DNA of 64,000 bases from an uncultured virus (IMG/VR IMGVR_UViG_3300020037_009485) (Duplodnaviria; Heunggongvirae; Uroviricota; Caudoviricetes), in the IMG/VR virus record IMGVR_UViG_3300020037_009485; one strand, 5' to 3'. Made by a program: the position numbers and the translations under genes. Positions within the stretch are counted from its first letter, which is position 1; every line of letters begins with the position of its first letter. Positions 38,669 through 48,032 of the stretch are shown piece by piece. Under the pieces are notes generated by a model. It made no database searches. It was not told where the DNA came from and saw only the letters and a program-made list of their open reading frames with translations.

Positions 38669-39049
38669 TTAAATTTCTTCTTTCTCCTCAAATTCTAGTT
38701 CTAGTTTGGACACTAAATTTTCAAACTCTACTTGTGAAAAGGATTTCCAAAACCCATCATTATCCCATAAAAAGGTACTAATCTCTTCTTGAATATCGCT
38801 TTCACCATCAATTACTGTAGATAGTCTATAAATTAACTCTTGGTAAGAGTTAATATAATCATTGTTTTCTTTTAACTTAACCTTCTTCCCAGTTAACTTT
38901 TCTCTTGAAATCCAATTTGACTTTGCGTCACTTATTAAAGTATTAAGAGTATTAGAAAGATTAGAGTTGTAACTTTCAACTAATTTAACTTTCTTCCCAC
39001 TTACTCTTTCTAACAATTTTATTAACTTTTGAGTATCTTTCATTAACAT
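38669..39049 (-). CDS. small late protein with two GKKVKL(V/K)E motifs
   Basis: LLERVSGKKVKLVES and EKLTGKKVKLKEN; CTATTTA at 39069..39075. Confidence 0.65.
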   Translation of the reverse strand: MLMKDTQKLIKLLERVSGKKVKLVESYNSNLSNTLNTLISDAKSNWISREKLTGKKVKLKENNDYINSYQELIYRLSTVIDGESDIQEEISTFLWDNDGFWKSFSQVEFENLVSKLELEFEEKEEI

Positions 39050-39125
39050 AAGGTTACTTATTTTTTAATAAATAGGGAAATTCTTTACAAATAACCTTAT
39101 ATATTTAGAGTCTAAAAAGAAAACT

Positions 39126-39347
39126 ATACCAAAGACTAACCCTGATATTCATATTATTTGCGGAAAATGCGGTTGTGCAACTGAATTTGTATTTAAACTG
39201 TCTTTAAATGCAAAAGAATTCATTAAAGATGAAAACAAGTTACAACCTGCTATCTATCTAACTTGCGGTAATTGTGCTACGTTGACAGATTTAAGTGAAG
39301 TTGTAAAAGATAATACTGACTGGGAAAAACTTAAATTAGTTAACTAA
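39126..39347 (+). CDS. zinc-ribbon protein with ATA start (not in the ORF track)
   Basis: IPKTNPDIHIICGKCG...LTCGNCATL...KLVN*; fills the gap up to the ATG at 39350. Confidence 0.65.
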   Translation: MPKTNPDIHIICGKCGCATEFVFKLSLNAKEFIKDENKLQPAIYLTCGNCATLTDLSEVVKDNTDWEKLKLVN

Positions 39348-39349
39348 CT

Positions 39350-39781
39350 ATGTCTTCACAACAACAAATTATAGAACGAATTAAAAAACTTGAAGCATTA
39401 GCTGTAAGTGAGAAGAAAATTGGTAATATTCAAGCTTCTAAAACAGCTCAAGATAAAGCTAATTCGTTAAAGCAAAAATATAATATTTCAAATGCACATT
39501 TAAACCCTCAACCAGAAAAAGAAAACTCTTCAACAAGTGAATATCGTTTTAGTAAAAAGATTCGATTTCGTTCAAACGAAAAAACAATTGTAATAGAAAC
39601 ACTGCAAATGTTTTGCTATCTTCACGATTGTTATATAGAAACTTGTTATTTTGAAGTAGTGGAAAAGAAGTTTTTCTTCTTTGATTATAAAACAGTTGTT
39701 AGTTTTACTATTATAGGGAACTATAAGAATTTAGTGAAATTTCGAGATACTTTTTATAAATGGATAAATGAATACTCGTAG
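39350..39781 (+). CDS. DUF2786-like N-terminal domain protein
   Basis: IIERIKKLEALA...A..KANSLKQKYNIS. Confidence 0.6.
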   Translation: MSSQQQIIERIKKLEALAVSEKKIGNIQASKTAQDKANSLKQKYNISNAHLNPQPEKENSSTSEYRFSKKIRFRSNEKTIVIETLQMFCYLHDCYIETCYFEVVEKKFFFFDYKTVVSFTIIGNYKNLVKFRDTFYKWINEYS

Positions 39782-39817
39782 AACATGCACTATCTGTGTG
39801 TTTTAAAGATTTTTGTT

Positions 39818-39868
39818 AATTTAGTAGAAAGTTTACAAGTTATATCATATCTTTAGATTATAAATTAA
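39818..39868 (+). promoter_or_regulatory. early promoter repeat, copy 1
   Basis: AATTTAGTAGAAAGTTTACAAGTTATATCATATCTTTAGATTATAAATTAA. Confidence 0.75.
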
Positions 39869-39879
39869 AACATAAAATC

Positions 39880-40395
39880 ATGGCAAACAAAGCACCAAAA
39901 CACATTACAATAAACGAATTGATTACAATCTTTTCTCGTTTAAAAACAGCTACACCTGCTACATTGGAAACTGTAACATCTCCAACGATGAAAAAAACAG
40001 GTAATCCATATTACGGTCGTATTCAAAAGCTTTCGACCCAGCACGTTATGTTGAATTTTAATTATACAAATTCAGTTAACAATCAAAGAGAAAAAGAAGG
40101 AATTGAAACACCTTTCGTAGCTCATGCACGTAAATGGGGTGAAAGAATTGAAGGAACTCCACTTATTCAACATAAAGGTAGTTTTTATGTTGAAGCAAAA
40201 CCAAGTGGAAAAGCTCAAAATACAATTTGGCTGTGTGATGGTACTCCTATTGAAGTGAAATTAATTCAAGAATTCATGCCAGTTCCTCAAAAGTCAAACA
40301 CACAGGAAACTGAAAAGGAAATTAAAGTTCGTGATTTTTCAATTGAAAGTATCGCAGCTGTTAAAATGTTAGGTGAACATTTTATTGTAAAATAA
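39880..40395 (+). CDS. hypothetical early protein
   Basis: MKKTGNPYYG...NYTNSVNNQREKEG...WGE. Confidence 0.7.
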   Translation: MANKAPKHITINELITIFSRLKTATPATLETVTSPTMKKTGNPYYGRIQKLSTQHVMLNFNYTNSVNNQREKEGIETPFVAHARKWGERIEGTPLIQHKGSFYVEAKPSGKAQNTIWLCDGTPIEVKLIQEFMPVPQKSNTQETEKEIKVRDFSIESIAAVKMLGEHFIVK

Positions 40396-40525
40396 TAAAA
40401 ATCTTTCCATTACTTAGTTTAATTCCTGCATGTTAAACCAAAGGATGTATAACTTTTGCTACGAAGAAGTTGGAATTTATAATTGTAGCTTTAAACTTAA
40501 AATAAATCAATTAAATAAAAAGACA

Positions 40526-40975
40526 ATGAAAAAAATATTTTTCTATTCAACAATTCTATTATCTTGTTCAATGTTAACGAGCTGCGGCCCTTCAGCTGAA
40601 GATAAATATAGAGCAGAAATATTATTTGGGGATGAAGCAGATAGCGTTTTGCGTTCTACACCATTATGTAATCTTGATGAAGTTTTAGATTCAACAGAAA
40701 GTTACACTCTTGCAAATAAAGCTAGTGTAAAACAACCTACTTCAAAAACGACTGTTGTTTACTATGCAAATGATTATAACTTACCACCTGGTACTGTAGT
40801 TGACTTTTCTCCGAATAATGATTGGATAGCAGGAAACTCTGAAAATGGGGTTTGTACAGAACAAATTTATATTCACATTCGAGATGAGCATAATAAAGTA
40901 AAAACATACCCTGTTGATTATAAAACTTGGTTAGTTTTAAATGCTGACCCTCAAAATCAAATTGTTTTAGAATAA
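40526..40975 (+). CDS. putative lipoprotein
   Basis: Start re-called to MKKIFFYSTILLSCSMLTS|C (lipobox). Confidence 0.65.
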   Translation: MKKIFFYSTILLSCSMLTSCGPSAEDKYRAEILFGDEADSVLRSTPLCNLDEVLDSTESYTLANKASVKQPTSKTTVVYYANDYNLPPGTVVDFSPNNDWIAGNSENGVCTEQIYIHIRDEHNKVKTYPVDYKTWLVLNADPQNQIVLE

Positions 40976-40991
40976 ATCTAATATTCAAATC

Positions 40992-41450
40992 ATGGAAAAT
41001 CAAGCAAAAGTAGCAAAAAAAACACCTGTTAAATATGTTATGCAGGAATTCATTGAACAAAATAAAGATAAGTACAAAGATTATCACGAAGGGTTCAATG
41101 CTTATGAAAAGACTACAAACCCTAAAGCTTCAAAAGGTCTTTTTGCTGCAATGTGGCAAGTTGTTTATGGTAAGAGTAAACAAGAGAGATCTAAAGAAAC
41201 AAAAGCAGAAAAAGATGATTTATTCTATACTACTGTCCAAGATTTACACAAAGAACAAGAATTGTTCAGAATAGAAGCAGCTAAAGCAAGAACTCAAGCT
41301 TTACTTGCTAACTCTAACGATAAACGAAAAGAATTTAAAGAACAAGAAGAGAGAGCTTTAGATGCTATGTTGGTTGTGAATCGTAAAATTCGTAATTATT
41401 TAGAATCTACAAACCCTAATTATAAAAAGATCGAATCTCATGAAGGGTAA
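40992..41450 (+). CDS. hypothetical protein
   Basis: In-operon ORF. Confidence 0.6.
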   Translation: MENQAKVAKKTPVKYVMQEFIEQNKDKYKDYHEGFNAYEKTTNPKASKGLFAAMWQVVYGKSKQERSKETKAEKDDLFYTTVQDLHKEQELFRIEAAKARTQALLANSNDKRKEFKEQEERALDAMLVVNRKIRNYLESTNPNYKKIESHEG

Positions 41451-41694
41451 AACAATGCAACTAGAACCATTTAATAGAGTTGAAAATAGTCAAGAAAAGT
41501 CAGTTGAAATTATTACGTTTTTCTCTGAAGAGAATTTAGTAGTATATGAAATTTTACATAGAACTAAAACTGGTCGATCTTTCCTTAAAGTAGAAAAAAA
41601 CAGTAATTTCTATACAGAGGTAAAAAATATAAAAACGAACTTACTTCCAACAGAACAATTGAAAGTAGCTTTAGAACAAATAAATAATCGGTAA
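41440..41694 (+). CDS. hypothetical protein
   Basis: In-operon ORF. Confidence 0.55.
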   Translation: MKGKTMQLEPFNRVENSQEKSVEIITFFSEENLVVYEILHRTKTGRSFLKVEKNSNFYTEVKNIKTNLLPTEQLKVALEQINNR

Positions 41695-41709
41695 CTTAAA
41701 TTAACCTCT

Positions 41710-41913
41710 ATGAACCCTGTTTTAGTAACTCTTCTTGCTTGTGTTTTCTCTTTTATATTTGGCTTTAAACTTTGTAAAAAGTATTATAAGGTTGAATTAT
41801 TACTCTCAACTATTGCTTTTATAACTGACATGATTTCTCAGAAATATACAGATGAACAAGTAAAAGAGAAAATTGAAAAGTGGAAAGAACAACTTAGGAA
41901 AGAAGGTTTATGA
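41710..41913 (+). CDS. small membrane protein
   Basis: Hydrophobic N-terminus. Confidence 0.55.
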   Translation: MNPVLVTLLACVFSFIFGFKLCKKYYKVELLLSTIAFITDMISQKYTDEQVKEKIEKWKEQLRKEGL

Positions 41914-42331
41914 AACGTACTAAATCTGAAAAAGAAACTCTTAACCAACTTGTTCAACAGTTAAAAGTTGGTGATCTCGTATACTTAGACTTTTCCGAAA
42001 ATTTAAACAAAAACTTTTTAGTTGTTGGAAAATTCTTAGGACATGAAACAGACCTTGAAAGACCAGTTGATCATAGTTACTTTTTGAAATTGATGAAGTT
42101 TCATATAACTTATTAGAAGAACGGTGGGAAAAAGATCTAGATGCAGTTCACGGTTGCCCTTATACGAGAGAGATGTTAACTGAAGAGAATTGGAATTATT
42201 TCACACCAGAAAACTATGCTGATTACATGGTTGAAATTCAAAGAAGTGCACTTAAAGATTATATTTCTTCAACTCCTACCTTACCTTTTATTGTTGCTCA
42301 AATAAACGTTGAATTAAATGAAACTAGGTGA
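41910..42331 (+). pseudogene. frameshifted family-A-like gene with INxELN tail
   Basis: Frame 1 gives LKVGDLVYLDF...PVDH. The -1 frame from about 42077 gives LLFEIDEVSYNLLEERW...FIVAQINVELNETR* (TGA 42329..42331). Confidence 0.7.
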
Positions 42332-42623
42332 TAAAGTTTTTGTCAAAGAATTATCAACATTAAAAGAACAATATCAACTAAGTTCAGACGGTTTTGATCT
42401 AGGTCATGAAACGTTTACAACTTCTATGTTTTTCTATTGTAGGAAAGAAGTAGAAATTGTAGAAGAAATACTCCCAAATGTGTTTATAGTTAAATATGAT
42501 GAACATATCGCTCCTTGGAATTTTCCTATACTATGTTTTGAGATACGTACTATTGCTCATATATTATATGAGATAGACGAAGAACTTAAAGAAGATATAA
42601 GAAATAAAAAAGAGCTAAGTTAA
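42318..42623 (+). CDS. hypothetical protein with IxxEL tail
   Basis: MKLGDKVFVK...ILYEIDEELKE. Confidence 0.65.
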   Translation: MKLGDKVFVKELSTLKEQYQLSSDGFDLGHETFTTSMFFYCRKEVEIVEEILPNVFIVKYDEHIAPWNFPILCFEIRTIAHILYEIDEELKEDIRNKKELS

Positions 42624-42638
42624 TTCTTAGCTCTTTTT
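42607..42638. terminator. bidirectional terminator (after the major capsid gene and the early island)
   Basis: AAAAAGAGCTAAG...CTTAGCTCTTTTT. Confidence 0.75.
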
Positions 42639-42661
42639 ATTATTTATGTAATTAAACTAGA

Positions 42662-44398
42662 TTACACTGTTGTTGATGGTTGTAATACATCGAATACTTC
42701 CATACCTTTCATCCAAACAACTGCGAAGAATTTATTGTTCAACATAGATGTTCCGAAACGAGAAGCAATTTGTCTACGAGGATTGAAATCTTGTTGTTCT
42801 AAAACAACTGGAGATAACATATACTCAATATAAGGACAATATACATAACCTGAATCGAAGAATGAAGTACCTTTACGACCTACTAAACAAACTTCTGCTG
42901 GTAAATGTGGATCTACATACACTGTGTATTTTTGGTTTAATGAACCAATTCTTTCAACACCTGCTGCAAATTTTGTTCCTTCTTCATTTAAGTCAGTTGG
43001 TTTAAATGTATCCATATTAACCATTTTAGCTGCACCTTCAGAAGAAATTAAAATCCAATTAGCACCACCACGTTTTGTTGATTTTTGGATTTTACCGTTT
43101 GCACGATTAATTGCCAACATCAATGTTTGGTTGTAAGATGCCTCAGTTCCACGGAATACAGTGTTAGCTGGGTTTGGATCTACTGCATTAGCAAAATCAG
43201 CATTCCATACTTCAAAATGTCCTGCTAAGTTAACTAACTCACGAATAACTAATCTGTCTTTTTCAGCAGCTACTTCTTCAGCTAACAATTGAGTTAATTC
43301 TGCTTCAGCATCAATAGCATGGTATGCCATTAAATCTTGAGCTAATTCAACTGTCCAAGCTGTTTTCATTTTATGAATTTGAGTTTGGATAGGAACTGAT
43401 TTAATTTCCAATTTCAACTCAGAAGAGAACGCTGGATACAACTCTAAATTTAAGTATTGTTTGAAACCTAAACGTAAAGCTACTGTACCTTGATTATCAC
43501 TTGTTGGGATAATACGTAAACGTAAAATTTTATTTGCTGACCCTGGACCAGAGATACCATTGTTTGTAGACGCTGGACCTGCTTCTGATGTTGTTAATCC
43601 ACCACCAGTACGACCTGTTGATAAAGAATAATCAGTATAGTTATTAACAACTCTTTGTACGAAGAAATCTGTACCTTGTACTAATGCACCAGTAGATTCA
43701 TATACAGTGATAGAAGCTGCTTGGTCCATTGTAATACCACCCATTGCTGTTAAATCGAAATCGATAACATTAATGTTGATAACTCCTGCACCTGTACCCA
43801 TATCAACACCTGCTTTAGAGAATGCTGCAGCAAAAGCTGTATCATCTAAACCTCCAATTGATGTATTGTTAAAGTTAGTTGTGTTTGGATTCCAACCACG
43901 AGCAATTTCTTTACCTTTTGTGTTGTCATAACCTGAGTTATTATAATGACGATCGTAACCAGATGTTGATTCAAATGTATTACCTGTCATATCATCAGCT
44001 TGACCACCTGATAAATCGTTCTCTAAATAAGTAGATTTAATAGGTTTTTTTGTGTTTGATACTTTATAATCTAAGTAAAACGCAATACCGTTTGGATATG
44101 ATAATGGTTGTACAGAAATTAAATTAGGAGAAACCATCAAAGCGTTTTGACGTCTGATCATCGGAATAGCGATTGTATCAAACACTGCCATATCAGCTGT
44201 TGTGTTATTTTCTCTTAATATTTGTCTTTTTTGGTTTTCAGCTAACATAGCCATATTACCTAAATCACGACCTTTTAAACCGTATAAGTATCCAGAACCT
44301 TTCCAAGCTTCAACCACTGTTTGACGCTTCGCCATTTCTGAACGCTCTAACAATCTTCCAAGTTCATGAGATTTTGTATTTTCTCTCAAATTTTTCAT
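42662..44398 (-). CDS. major capsid protein (T4 gp23-like)
   Basis: IPMIRR, SVQPLSYPNG, KMKTAWTVELAQDLMAYHAIDAEAEL, YVYCPY, FNPRR..SRFG. Confidence 0.95.
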   Translation of the reverse strand: MKNLRENTKSHELGRLLERSEMAKRQTVVEAWKGSGYLYGLKGRDLGNMAMLAENQKRQILRENNTTADMAVFDTIAIPMIRRQNALMVSPNLISVQPLSYPNGIAFYLDYKVSNTKKPIKSTYLENDLSGGQADDMTGNTFESTSGYDRHYNNSGYDNTKGKEIARGWNPNTTNFNNTSIGGLDDTAFAAAFSKAGVDMGTGAGVININVIDFDLTAMGGITMDQAASITVYESTGALVQGTDFFVQRVVNNYTDYSLSTGRTGGGLTTSEAGPASTNNGISGPGSANKILRLRIIPTSDNQGTVALRLGFKQYLNLELYPAFSSELKLEIKSVPIQTQIHKMKTAWTVELAQDLMAYHAIDAEAELTQLLAEEVAAEKDRLVIRELVNLAGHFEVWNADFANAVDPNPANTVFRGTEASYNQTLMLAINRANGKIQKSTKRGGANWILISSEGAAKMVNMDTFKPTDLNEEGTKFAAGVERIGSLNQKYTVYVDPHLPAEVCLVGRKGTSFFDSGYVYCPYIEYMLSPVVLEQQDFNPRRQIASRFGTSMLNNKFFAVVWMKGMEVFDVLQPSTTV

Positions 44399-44442
44399 TG
44401 TTGTTTTTTTATTGTTTTTTTTGTTTTATTGTTTTTAAATAT

Positions 44443-44477
44443 ATAGGTACGGACTTTTTTAATTATTCCGTACCTAT
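44443..44477 (-). terminator. hairpin between the scaffold and major capsid genes, next to a TATTTA box
   Basis: ATAGGTACGGA...TCCGTACCTAT. Confidence 0.55.
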
Positions 44478-44493
44478 GTTTTTTTAATTATTC

Positions 44494-46020
44494 TTATTTT
44501 AAGTATTGATCATCATAACCTTCAAGACCCATTAAGTAATTTTTTCTTGCTTGATCATTATCTTCTTCTGGAGAATTTACTGATTCAGCAAAATGCTTAA
44601 TTGATTTTGAATTTTTAAGTACTGCTTCGTTAATTGAACCACGTTTGTGTTCTTTTACCATTGAAGCAACTTCAGTGTAAAGTTTTTTAACTTCTGCAAC
44701 TGTTTTGCAATTATCAAATTTCTCAACTAATTTCTCTCTAGTAGATTGTTTTAACTCTTCTACTAATGTAAGAACTGAATTAGCTTGTTTTAATTTGAAA
44801 TTTTCAAACTTTAACTTAGATACTTCATCTTGTAAATCTACAACTTGTTCAGCTAAATTATATAAAGCTTTAGATTTTTGTTCAGATTCTTTTTTCAATT
44901 CAGCAAATTTTGGTTGAGCAGTTACTTTAGCTGAACCTGTTTCTTTTACTTTAGTTGAATTAATATCTTCATCTCCTAAATCTTCAAAAGTATTTCCAGA
45001 TGGGTCTACTTTTTTACCTGTTCCAGAATGTTTTACTGCTTTAGATGCTTCTGCACCTCTAACGTTTCCAGTGATTTCTTTATCTCCTAGTTTAGTTAAT
45101 TTAATTTCACCTTCCACGATTGCTTTTGTTTTGTTGTTTTTAGATTCCATTTTTACTTTTGAATCAACGTCTTCATCACCTAAGTTTTCAAAACCTAAAT
45201 CTTTTAATTCAGATTCTCCGATTACTACTGGAGATGTTTCTTCTACTTCACCTTCTGGAGATACTAAATCAGCAATTAACTGATCAATATCTTCTGGTTG
45301 TGCAATAGGAGTAATTTCTGCTGAAGCTGTTATATCTTCTACACCTGATGGTTCTGATGCTGAAACATCACTCATAGATGGCATAGACATATCACCACCC
45401 ATTTCTGGAGCAGCACCTAAATCTAAATCACCTTCTGCTGTATCAACACCTGCTTCAACATCAACTGGAGCTGGAACATCACCTTCTGCAGGTAATTCGT
45501 CAGAAATTTCAGGAACTTCTACTTCTGGTGATTCAATTTCATCTTCTGGACCTTCAGATAATAATGCTTCCATTAAATCTGTATCTTCTTCAAAGTTGAA
45601 ATTTTCTTCTTCACCTTCTTTCCATGGATTAGTTTCATCTTCATCTTCTGATGAAAATTCATCTTCCATATCAGCAGCAGCAATTGCACCTACTTCGTTG
45701 TCAAGATCTAACCCTAATGAATCAATATCTAATTCATCTTCGTCTTCATCCTCGTCTTCAGGAAATTCTTCTCCTAAAAACTCATTTGAACCTGCTTCAT
45801 CATAATTGTAATTATAATTGTAAGCATTTTCATATTCGTTTAAATCCTCAGTTTCAGCTTCCTCTGTGTTTTCTGTAAGACGGTTTCTTAAACGATCTTC
45901 AAAAGATTCATTTAAAGAATCTTTATCTGTTTTAACACCGGCAGCTTCATTAAGAACTTTATCAACGTATTTTAAACCATCAAATACGTCAGTAACGTTT
46001 TTTTTGTTTTTATTTGCCAT
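44494..46020 (-). CDS. prohead core/scaffolding protein
   Basis: Very acidic, C-terminal coiled coil, many L-x-E sites, located between protease and capsid genes. Confidence 0.75.
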   Translation of the reverse strand: MANKNKKNVTDVFDGLKYVDKVLNEAAGVKTDKDSLNESFEDRLRNRLTENTEEAETEDLNEYENAYNYNYNYDEAGSNEFLGEEFPEDEDEDEDELDIDSLGLDLDNEVGAIAAADMEDEFSSEDEDETNPWKEGEEENFNFEEDTDLMEALLSEGPEDEIESPEVEVPEISDELPAEGDVPAPVDVEAGVDTAEGDLDLGAAPEMGGDMSMPSMSDVSASEPSGVEDITASAEITPIAQPEDIDQLIADLVSPEGEVEETSPVVIGESELKDLGFENLGDEDVDSKVKMESKNNKTKAIVEGEIKLTKLGDKEITGNVRGAEASKAVKHSGTGKKVDPSGNTFEDLGDEDINSTKVKETGSAKVTAQPKFAELKKESEQKSKALYNLAEQVVDLQDEVSKLKFENFKLKQANSVLTLVEELKQSTREKLVEKFDNCKTVAEVKKLYTEVASMVKEHKRGSINEAVLKNSKSIKHFAESVNSPEEDNDQARKNYLMGLEGYDDQYLK

Positions 46021-46106
46021 TATTTGTTTTTATTATATAGTTTTTTATGTAAATATATGTTTTTCAACAAATTTATCTAATTTGTTTGTTTTAAACTATA
46101 GACAGG

Positions 46107-46137
46107 AAAAATGCTGTAAAAAAATTACAGCATTTTT
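46107..46137 (-). terminator. terminator after the prohead protease gene
   Basis: AAAAATGCTGTAA...TTACAGCATTTTT. Confidence 0.65.
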
Positions 46138-46148
46138 TATTCTTTGAT

Positions 46149-46928
46149 TTACTTTAACTTAGCAGATATTTGTAAGTACTTTTCAACTCCAAGTATATTC
46201 AAATATGTTTGTTCCGATTCAGTTAATTGATTTAAAGTTTTAATTTGTTTATTATTTAAACCACAAACACCTTCATAACATTGACTTTCTGTCAACAGTA
46301 AAGAAGATTTTTTAGATGAACTTTCTGTTAAATCTAATTTTTCTGAACCAAAGTTAGATGCACTATCTACTAAATCCCAACAAATTAATTCTAAGTCTTC
46401 ATCTACTATATCATGCTCTGAATAAGAATCTTCTTGTAATGACCCTAATGCTCTTGATGAGATACCTATATTTTTACCATTTAAAATAAAACCTCTAACC
46501 ATTTTACCTGGTGCTGTTTCTGGCATAAAAGCATTTAATACTTTTACTCTACCGTAAACATCTTTACCTTTAAACCAGATATCATCAATTGTTGCACATG
46601 CATTATTAAGATCTGGGGTTGTAGAGTTCTCTGGGTGATTTAATTCACAATATGATAAACCTGTATTAACTTTTTCTTCCATATATCTTAAACATTCTCT
46701 TTTAAGATATTCCCATGGATAAATTCTATTATTTCTATTTGGCTTATCCCCTGTTTGAATAATACCTGTTAAGAATAAAGGCAAATCAGGATTACGTTTA
46801 CATCTTTCTATATAAGATTCTCCACCTTCTGATTCTAATAAAAAAGTAGATGCTTTAGAGTTCATCTTTCTTTTTCTGTCCCACTTAGACTCATCTAATA
46901 AAAAACGTTCTTTTCTTATTGATTTCAT
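46149..46928 (-). CDS. prohead protease (T4 gp21-like)
   Basis: NRNNRIYP, CELNHP (catalytic His), GISSRALGS (catalytic Ser), WDLV. Confidence 0.92.
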   Translation of the reverse strand: MKSIRKERFLLDESKWDRKRKMNSKASTFLLESEGGESYIERCKRNPDLPLFLTGIIQTGDKPNRNNRIYPWEYLKRECLRYMEEKVNTGLSYCELNHPENSTTPDLNNACATIDDIWFKGKDVYGRVKVLNAFMPETAPGKMVRGFILNGKNIGISSRALGSLQEDSYSEHDIVDEDLELICWDLVDSASNFGSEKLDLTESSSKKSSLLLTESQCYEGVCGLNNKQIKTLNQLTESEQTYLNILGVEKYLQISAKLK

Positions 46929-46977
46929 TTGTTTATTTTATATAACCTTAAATATGTTTGATTCTATAGATTTCTTC

Positions 46978-47029
46978 AATTTTAGTTGAAAGTTTACTAG
47001 TTTAACTATATCTTTAGATTATAAATTAA
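46978..47029 (+). promoter_or_regulatory. early promoter repeat, copy 2
   Basis: TTTAGTTGAAAGTTTACTAGTTTAACTATATCTTTAGATTATAAATTAA. Confidence 0.75.
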
Positions 47030-47042
47030 AAAACATATATCT

Positions 47043-47297
47043 ATGGCAAATACAAATAATATTATTCGTGATAATAAATTTGAAATAGAACTTATTTTAC
47101 AAATAATGAAAAATCCTAACGGTTATAGTTATGGTAATCCAAAAGGTGGACCTGAAGGGATTATTAGATATAATAATGTTGAATTAAAGGTGAGTTCTGA
47201 TAATTATGAAGCTGCATATGTGATTCATGAAATTCTTTACAATGCACAAAAAGGAGAATATAAAGGAGTTATGGAAGCTAAAAAAGCTTTAATTTAG
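47043..47297 (+). CDS. hypothetical early protein
   Basis: Directly downstream of the repeat promoter. Confidence 0.6.
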   Translation: MANTNNIIRDNKFEIELILQIMKNPNGYSYGNPKGGPEGIIRYNNVELKVSSDNYEAAYVIHEILYNAQKGEYKGVMEAKKALI

Positions 47298-47341
47298 TAG
47301 GAAGTTTACTAGTTATATCATATCTTTAGATTATAAATTAA
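47291..47341 (+). promoter_or_regulatory. early promoter repeat, copy 3
   Basis: AATTTAGTAGGAAGTTTACTAGTTATATCATATCTTTAGATTATAAATTAA. Confidence 0.75.
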
Positions 47342-47346
47342 GAGCC

Positions 47347-47832
47347 ATGGAAATTACTCATAAACATAAATTGGAAACAGTTCAATCTGTTATTGATTTT
47401 ATTTTTGCAGGGAATGCTACTTTTACTTTACGTAACCCAAGTTCAGGTAATCATTTAACTTTTAGAGTTTCTGCACCAAAAAAACAAGACCCTAAAAGAC
47501 CAATTTATTTTGTCAATTTAATGACTGGGAAAGATAATGAAAAATCATATTCATTCTTAGGAACATTGTTTGGTAAATTTAATTATCAACATTCAAAAAA
47601 ATCTACTTTATCTGCTACTGATAAAAAAGTAGAAGTTTTTGCAAAGTTTATTAATCTTGTTGAAAATAACACCTTACCAAGTAAAGTTGAAATCTGGCAT
47701 GAAGGGTCTTGTGGTCGTTGTGGTAGAAAGCTTACAAACCCAGTAAGTGTGCTTAGTGGTATAGGGCCAGAGTGTAATGGAAAGAGATGGAAAGATGCAG
47801 AAAATCAATTAAAATTAACATTAAACAAGTAA
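47347..47832 (+). CDS. DUF6011-domain protein
   Basis: FAGNATFTL...HEGSCGRCGRKLTNPVSVLSGIGPEC. Confidence 0.8.
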   Translation: MEITHKHKLETVQSVIDFIFAGNATFTLRNPSSGNHLTFRVSAPKKQDPKRPIYFVNLMTGKDNEKSYSFLGTLFGKFNYQHSKKSTLSATDKKVEVFAKFINLVENNTLPSKVEIWHEGSCGRCGRKLTNPVSVLSGIGPECNGKRWKDAENQLKLTLNK

Positions 47833-48032
47833 TAATGAAATCAAAAACATCTCAAAAAATCTTATTGACGAGATTAGAAGAGTTAAAAGAACAATTAAAT
47901 TCATTATAAACATGGATTCAGAAAACAAAAATCATTTTCAAAAAGAAGACAAACAACTCTTTTTAGTAATTGTAGTTGTAATTGTTGCAATAAGTGTTGT
48001 TGTCAGTTCATATTTCATTTAAAAGTTAAACT

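Noticed and set aside
39818..47341. CRISPR array or attachment-site interpretation of the 50-bp repeats
   Set aside because: The copies are dispersed, have no regular spacers and each sits directly before a start codon. No cas operon or integrase is nearby.
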